From: an uncultured Desulfobacter sp.
GTDB taxonomy: Bacteria > Desulfobacterota > Desulfobacteria > Desulfobacterales > Desulfobacteraceae
Assembly: GCA_963665095.1 (NCBI GenBank)
Contig: OY762069.1
Coordinates: 4,672,001-4,736,000 of the forward strand
Direction: 5' to 3'
Length of the DNA: 64,000 nt
This document shows, piece after piece, positions 58,033 to 64,000 of the stretch; within the stretch, counting starts at the first letter, position 1, and each line of letters begins with the position of its first letter. The notes below the pieces were generated by a model that was not told the DNA's origin, did no database searches, and worked only from the letters and a program-made list of their open reading frames with translations. A program made the translations under genes and the position numbers.

Positions 58033-61000
58033 ATGAAGACATTTGATGAAGTCAAACAAGAGATCCGCAACAAAAAGATCCTGGTGGCCAACCGGGGCAT
58101 CACGGCCCGCAGGATTATCCGCTCCATCCGGGAGGTGCTCCAGGGCATCCCGGTTCTCACCGTCACCGAGGTGGACAAGACCGCGCCGTTTACCTCCGGG
58201 GCCCAGGAACTTATTTACTTAGGGGAAAACCCCAGAGCCTACCTGAACATCGACAAAGTTCTTAAACTGGCAAAGGAAAACGGTATTGCCGCCATCCACC
58301 CGGGCTGGGGGTTTGCATCAGAGGACTCGTCCTTTCCCGCCAAATGTGAGGATGCCGGCATCCTGTTTGTGGGACCGCCCACGGAACCCATGCGGCTTCT
58401 GGGCAACAAGGTCCGGGTCAGGGAACTCGCCATTAAGCTTGACGTACCTGTGGTACCGGGATCCGAGGATTCCGTGGAGGTGGCTGAAGCCAGAAAAATC
58501 GCCCGGGAGATCGGGCTGCCCGTGATGCTCAAGGCCGAGGGCGGTGGTGGCGGACGGGGCATTTACGAAGTGTATAATATGGATGACCTGGAAACCGCCT
58601 TTTCCAAGGCGTCGGTTCTGGCCCAGGCCTCATTCGGCAACCCCAGAATATACGTGGAAAAGCTGCTCATGGATGTGCGCCACATTGAGATTCAGGTGAT
58701 AGCCGACCGTTACGGAAATGTGTTTGCCTTTGATGAACGTGACTGCACCGTGCAGAGAAACCACCAGAAACTGGTGGAGATCACCCCCTCTCCCTGGCCT
58801 GGCATGACCCGGGAGCTGCGGGACCGCCTCAAGGAGTATGCCAGGAAACTGGTGACCGAAGTGGGGTATTATTCCCTTGCCACAGTGGAATTTCTCGTGG
58901 ACCGTGAAGGCAACCCCTACCTGATTGAGGTTAACACACGGTTACAGGTGGAACACGGTATCACCGAGACCCGGTACGGCATTGACCTGGTGGAAGAACA
59001 GATCGCCATTGCCTTTGGGTCCACCCTGCGGTTCACCGAAGAGAATATGAGGCCCGATGCCCACGTCATCCAGGTACGTCTGAACTGCGAAGACCCCAGA
59101 AACGGCTTTGCCCCCAATGCAGGCCCCATCTCCCGGTATCTCTCCCCGGGCGGTCCCGGCATCCGTATCGACTCCTGTATTGCCGGCGGATATGATTTTC
59201 CGGCCAATTATGATTCTGCCGCCGCCCTTTTAATCGCCTTTGGTGAGTCCTGGGAAAAGAGTCTGGCCGTCATGGGCCGGGCGCTCAAAGAGTATATCAT
59301 CGGCGGGTTGAAGACCACCATTCCCTTTCACCAGAAAATTATTGACCACCCGGTTTTCCAGTCAGGGGATTACACCACCCGGTTTGTGGAGACCACGCCG
59401 GAACTGATGTTATACCGGGACAGCGAGCCCGAAGGCCTGCGTCTAAGCCGTCTGGTGGCTGAAATTTCCGCTTTGGGCTACAACCCCCATGTCCAGCTGT
59501 CTGAATATCGTGGCGTGGCTGATAAACGGGTGGGGCGATTCAAACCGGTACTGCCGAGCAGGAGCCACGGGGCCTTGAAACCGGTCTACCCAAGGAACGA
59601 CCGCCAGGCCCTTCTGGACTTTATCCGGGACTCCGATTATATCCATTTTTCCGACACAACCCCCCGGGACACCACCCAGTCCAACACCGGCAACCGGTTC
59701 CGCCTGGCAGAAGACCGGCTCATCGGGCCCTACCTGGACCAGTGCGGATTTTTCTCCATTGAAAACGGCGGCGGCGCCCATTTTCATGTGGCCATGATGG
59801 CCAACATGACCTACCCGTTCAACGAGGCACGGGTGTGGGACCAGTTTGCACCGTTGACGCCCAAGCAGATCCTGGTGCGCTCCACCAACCTTCTGGGCTA
59901 CAAACCCCAGCCGCGCAACCTCATGCGGCTGACCAGCGAGATGATCTGCGAACACCACGACATTGTGCGCTGCTTTGATTTCTTAAACCATATTGAAAAC
60001 ATGCGCCCCTTTGCTGAAACGGTGATGAACGCCAAGGGCAACGTGTTTGAACCGGCAGTATCGCTCTCCTGGGCCAAAGGTTTTGACGTGGCCCACTACA
60101 TGGGCGTGGTGGACGAAATTGTGGCCCTGGTGGCTGATGTGTCAGGCCTATCCCCTGAAAAGGCCTCTTCCCAGTTTATTCTGGGTCTCAAAGATATGGC
60201 AGGGGTCTGCCCGCCAAGGTTTATCTCGAAACTGGTGGAAAGCCTTAGAAAGGCATATCCGGACCTGATCCTGCACTACCACCGCCACTGCACGGACGGT
60301 CTTTTTGTGCCGTCTGTGGGGGCGGCTGCAAAGGCTGGCGCCCAGATTATCGACACGGCCTTAGGCGCGGCCGTCCGGTGGTACGGCCAGGGCGAAGTGC
60401 TTTCCACGGCCGCCTATTTTGAAGATGAACTCGGCCTTAAAACCAACCTGAACAAGGATGCCATCCGCACCTGCAATTTTGTACTAAAACAGATCATGCC
60501 CTATTACGACCGGTACACCTCGCCCTATTTCCAGGGTGTGGACCATGACGCGGTCCGGCATGCCATGCCCGGCGGGGCCACCTCATCCTCCCAGGAAGGG
60601 GCCATGAAGCAGGGATATATCCGGCTTCTGCCCTACATGCTTAAATTCCTGGAAGGGACCCGGCAGATCATCCGCTATCATGATGTCACCCCGGGCTCCC
60701 AGATCACCTGGAATACAGCCTTTCTGGCCGTGACCAGCGCCTTCAAACGGGGCGGTGAAGATGAAGTGCGGCATCTTCTGTGGGTGCTTGACCAGGTGGT
60801 GACCAGTGGGGACGGCAACCTTCAGGAGTCTCTTAAAGCCGAACGGCTCATGCTCTATAAAGAGAGCAATGATGCCTTCAGGAACCTGCTGCTGGGTAAA
60901 TTCGGCCGGATGCCACTGGGCTTCCCGCCGGACTGGGTTTACGAAAGCGCCTTTGGGGACCAGTGGCAAAATGCCATTGCCTCAAGAACCAGTGTTTCTC

Positions 61001-61716
61001 CTTTGGAAGGACTGCCTGCCGTGGATATTGACACAGAGACCCAAAGCCTGACCGAACAGATCAGCCGCCAGCCCACACCGGACGAGGTGATCATGTACCT
61101 GAATCATCCGGCAGATGCCTTGAAAACCATTATTTTCAGGGAAGAGTTTGGGGACCCCAACAACCTGCCCCTGGATGTCTGGTTTGAAGGGCTTGAAACC
61201 GGGCAGGTGCTTGAGTTCAGGGACGGGGCCGGAAAGCTTCATTCCATGACCATCCTCAAGGTGGGACGGCCGGACGCCACGGGCATGGCAGATGTGCGGT
61301 ACACCCTGAACGGTGAGCTGTTTTTCCATTCAGTCAAGGTGGCCGAATCCACTGGAGCGGGTGCCGATAGTATTGAAATGGCAGACAAAACAGATCCGGG
61401 CCAGGTGGCCTCCCCAAGCCGCGGTGATCTGTGGATTATGTATGTCAAACCCGGTGATGTGGTGAAAAAGGGCGAGGAGCTGTTCAACATCACCATCATG
61501 AAGCAGGAGAAAGCCGTGCTTTCTCCCATGGATGGTGTGGTCTCCCGGGTGCTCAAGGTGGCCGACTTCAAGTATGACAAAAAGATGGTTCCGGTCCAGG
61601 AAGGCGAACTTCTGGTGGAGCTGGCACCCTTAAGTGGTGCCTGCAAGGCCTGCGGGGCACCGGTCAAGGACCCGGATTTCATTTTCTGCCCCAAGTGCGG
61701 CGGGGCGTTTAAATAA
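58033..61716 (+). CDS. pyc: Pyruvate carboxylase
   Basis: Biotin carboxylase (LVANRG, HPGWGFASE, ERDCTVQRNHQK, EVNTRLQVEH), carboxyltransferase (LKDMAG, HYHRH) and biotinyl domain (IMKQE). Confidence 0.93.
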   Translation: MKTFDEVKQEIRNKKILVANRGITARRIIRSIREVLQGIPVLTVTEVDKTAPFTSGAQELIYLGENPRAYLNIDKVLKLAKENGIAAIHPGWGFASEDSSFPAKCEDAGILFVGPPTEPMRLLGNKVRVRELAIKLDVPVVPGSEDSVEVAEARKIAREIGLPVMLKAEGGGGGRGIYEVYNMDDLETAFSKASVLAQASFGNPRIYVEKLLMDVRHIEIQVIADRYGNVFAFDERDCTVQRNHQKLVEITPSPWPGMTRELRDRLKEYARKLVTEVGYYSLATVEFLVDREGNPYLIEVNTRLQVEHGITETRYGIDLVEEQIAIAFGSTLRFTEENMRPDAHVIQVRLNCEDPRNGFAPNAGPISRYLSPGGPGIRIDSCIAGGYDFPANYDSAAALLIAFGESWEKSLAVMGRALKEYIIGGLKTTIPFHQKIIDHPVFQSGDYTTRFVETTPELMLYRDSEPEGLRLSRLVAEISALGYNPHVQLSEYRGVADKRVGRFKPVLPSRSHGALKPVYPRNDRQALLDFIRDSDYIHFSDTTPRDTTQSNTGNRFRLAEDRLIGPYLDQCGFFSIENGGGAHFHVAMMANMTYPFNEARVWDQFAPLTPKQILVRSTNLLGYKPQPRNLMRLTSEMICEHHDIVRCFDFLNHIENMRPFAETVMNAKGNVFEPAVSLSWAKGFDVAHYMGVVDEIVALVADVSGLSPEKASSQFILGLKDMAGVCPPRFISKLVESLRKAYPDLILHYHRHCTDGLFVPSVGAAAKAGAQIIDTALGAAVRWYGQGEVLSTAAYFEDELGLKTNLNKDAIRTCNFVLKQIMPYYDRYTSPYFQGVDHDAVRHAMPGGATSSSQEGAMKQGYIRLLPYMLKFLEGTRQIIRYHDVTPGSQITWNTAFLAVTSAFKRGGEDEVRHLLWVLDQVVTSGDGNLQESLKAERLMLYKESNDAFRNLLLGKFGRMPLGFPPDWVYESAFGDQWQNAIASRTSVSPLEGLPAVDIDTETQSLTEQISRQPTPDEVIMYLNHPADALKTIIFREEFGDPNNLPLDVWFEGLETGQVLEFRDGAGKLHSMTILKVGRPDATGMADVRYTLNGELFFHSVKVAESTGAGADSIEMADKTDPGQVASPSRGDLWIMYVKPGDVVKKGEELFNITIMKQEKAVLSPMDGVVSRVLKVADFKYDKKMVPVQEGELLVELAPLSGACKACGAPVKDPDFIFCPKCGGAFK

Positions 61717-61736
61717 AGAAGACGAATTGGTTGTTT

Positions 61737-61776
61737 CCCCCTGGTTGCGCTATTTCTAAGGCCAGCCAGGGGTTTT
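61737..61776 (+). terminator. Probable terminator after pyc
   Basis: CCCCCTGGTTG...CAGCCAGGGGG followed by a T-rich tract. Confidence 0.6.
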
Positions 61777-61778
61777 GT

Positions 61779-62228
61779 TTAACTTAGTTGTTTTCTGGCC
61801 AGAAGTTTGGCGTCAATCAAGTCCCTGTGACTCAGGTTCAAAAGGTCTGACAGCCTGTGGATAAAATGGTCTTCGTTGGCTTCAAGATGTCCGTCTATCA
61901 GTATAATTCTCCATAGGGCGGTTATCAGATCAAATTTCTCTTTTTCACTGAGGTGGGTGTTTAAAAAACGGGTATACCGGAAAAGCTCCACATGTTCTTT
62001 CCGCTCTTTATCCCTGTCCGCAAGAAGATCCTCTATTTCACGGGGTGACACCCCATAGTTTGTTTCAAGGGTTTGGATCAGGTGATCTTTTTCCCGTTTG
62101 CCGCACCGGCCATCTGCAAAGGCAGCATCAAACAGCAGGACTGTCAGGGCCAGTTCAACGGTGAGGCCGCCCTGTTCCGGTAAAGCGTCATAATCTCCCC
62201 GGATAATTTTTTTAATGTAGTCAAACAT
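61779..62228 (-). CDS. TerB-family protein
   Basis: AAFADG...E, LFRYTRFLN, LWRIILIDGHLEANE...IHRLSDLL. Confidence 0.85.
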   Translation of the reverse strand: MFDYIKKIIRGDYDALPEQGGLTVELALTVLLFDAAFADGRCGKREKDHLIQTLETNYGVSPREIEDLLADRDKERKEHVELFRYTRFLNTHLSEKEKFDLITALWRIILIDGHLEANEDHFIHRLSDLLNLSHRDLIDAKLLARKQLS

Positions 62229-62456
62229 AGGCTGTTGCGGTCCCTGTTATAAACCCTGTGAAAATCAAAATCGCATGCAAAAGGACGGGGTTTCATAAAG
62301 TCAAGCCGGGCAGGCGTCCAGACAGTTCTTTAACAACAGTAAGGCCAGCAATGCAGTGAGTCAAGTCATCATATGACTGTAACAAAATTTTCAATATTTG
62401 AATAAAACAAAAAATATACTGCACCGGGGGCAGAACCTCGAAATATTATTCAATAC

Positions 62457-62640
62457 TTAAAAGTAGTTGCTTGCTACTTTGTCCTCTGGTTTGACATGGA
62501 TCCGGGCCACTTTGCCTGCAGCAGTGGAAACGATGGGATTTTCCATTTTCATGGCTTCAAGGATGAGAAGTTCCTGGCCTTCGGCTACATTTTCCCCCTC
62601 ATTGACATGAATATTTAAAATGGTCCCTGGCAAAGGCACC
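62457..62640 (-). pseudogene. Biotin carboxyl-carrier domain fragment
   Basis: VPLPGTILNIHVNEGENV...LEAMKMENPI; lacks its own N-terminus. Confidence 0.8.
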
Positions 62641-63081
62641 GCCATTCACATTCACCTTTTCCTCAGGGACTTCAAGCGCCTTCATCCAGGCCAGAGGCAC
62701 ACTGGCAAAGGCTTCATTGATTTCAAACCGGTCGATCCGGTCAATGGTCAAACCGGCCCGTTTCAACGCCAGGCGTGTGCCGGGAATAACACCGTCCAGC
62801 ATCTCTTTTGGATGGACCCCCCAGTTGGCATTGGCCACAATGCGAGCCCTTGGCTTTAATCCATACTCTTTTACAAATTCTTCACAGACCAGCAATGACA
62901 GTGATGCTCCGTCACAAAGACCGGAAGAGGCCGCGGCATGGATGAACCCGTTTTCCTTAAAAGGTCGCGGCAGGCTGTTGATTTTTTCAGCTGTGGTCTC
63001 GGGCTTGATATTGGTATCACGATCCAGGATTTTAGTATTCCCGTCTTCATCGGTATACGGGATTGGAATGATCTCTTTTTG
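62636..63081 (-). pseudogene. Thiolase internal/C-terminal fragment
   Basis: KEIIPI...SSGLCDGAS...FEINEAFASV...VNVNGGA, cut just before the GHP motif. Confidence 0.88.
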
Positions 63082-63697
63082 TATTTCTTCAGCATCGGGA
63101 TACATACGCTCACCTAACTTTTCCCACCATCGCTGAATACTTCTGACCGCAAATTGAGCAGTGTCATTATCAGTCCCCACATTAACCCAGCCCAAATTGT
63201 GGGTGATATCGTATGCTCCGTATGGCGTTACTTTTCCCAGTTCCTTGTCGATAAAATCATACGCCTCCACTTCCAACGGATGTTTTGCCTTTTGCCATTC
63301 ACGCCCTTTGTTTGCAAAGTTTCCAACTAGTTCCTTTTTCTTGGCATCCACAGAGATCACAGGGCAACCACGATCTTGAAATTCTTCAGTTGCTGTTGCA
63401 ATATATTCAAACTGAGAATTCCTATCTGGATGCTGGCTCCCCTCAAAACGTTTTTGGTTGCTTTGGAGGCTATATCCTAAATTTTTGAGCAGGGCTCGTA
63501 CGCTTGTTGGCGACACGGGATAGCCCTGATTTTTTAATTCATCAGACAAATTGTATGTGCTTTTACAAGTCCATCGCAACGGTAGCATTGGATCTCCACT
63601 TGAAGCGATTTTTGATTGATTCATATGATAAGGCCTTCATACGAAAGTATGATATGGAATCTCTATAAAGACACTCTATTTATTTACGCGCAATTCC
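63082..63697 (-). mobile_element. Truncated ISAzo13-family insertion sequence (left end + deleted transposase)
   Basis: GDPMLPLRWTCKST, GYSLQSNQKRFEGSQHPDRN, ISVDAKKKELVGNF, TAQFAV...WW; candidate left end GGAATTGCGCGTAAATAA at 63697. Confidence 0.85.
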
Positions 63698-64000
63698 TTA
63701 TCTTGACAAGACACTGCTTTTTGTCCTACTCAGTTTCTACATGCCAGACAATGGTTACGCCGATGAACGGGCTGTTTTGGGTTGCTGGAAAAAAGTGCCG
63801 GCAATACTTTTGGAACGAATAGGAAATCAGGCAACCGGCAGTGTGGAGATATGTGGTAAAAAGAAAATGTATTGATGCTTATGTAATACATTTGATAAGA
63901 TTTATACCATGGAATCAGAAGTCCGTTTAATTGCATATGAAGATGAAATGACACGGGAAATCCGCAGACTTTCCGCACTTGTCCCCCCACCTGTATCTCT

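Noticed and set aside
57154..58059. 301-aa minus-strand ORF (likewise 38491..39273 and 33928..34731)
   Set aside because: Antisense to well-supported genes (birA, floA, dctP/dctQ)
63700..64000. Short ORFs at the window end
   Set aside because: No RBS or recognisable family; cannot be supported

Overview
Bacterial chromosomal window with gene content typical of a sulfate-reducing Desulfobacteraceae-like deltaproteobacterium (taxonomy inferred). Most of it is housekeeping and transport: carA-carB-purF, glnE, pyc/birA, an RND pump, a TRAP/TatT transporter, nfeD-nfeD-floA, two ADP-forming acyl-CoA ligase loci, HDOD/GGDEF signalling genes and a SNF2-SWIM pair. The standout is the gene at 23310-25712, a predicted exported caspase(C14)-PEGA-FGE/C-type-lectin protein. 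Its 3' end looks like a diversity-generating retroelement (DGR) variable region: NNC/NNT codons at the usual Asn positions, a 21-nt segment duplicated and diversified differently in each copy, and a long GC-rich hairpin just after the stop. I found no reverse transcriptase or template repeat in the window, so it would be a remote or orphan target. The window also has a family of MITE/REP-like palindromic repeats sharing a GTGTTTGAAC end and several deletion scars: a vapC fragment, an mttB remnant flanked by a duplicated dctM 3' end, a MocR/SPFH junction and an ISAzo13-thiolase-biotin-carrier mosaic. I recognised no rRNA, tRNA or CRISPR array. All family calls are by motif recognition, not database search.
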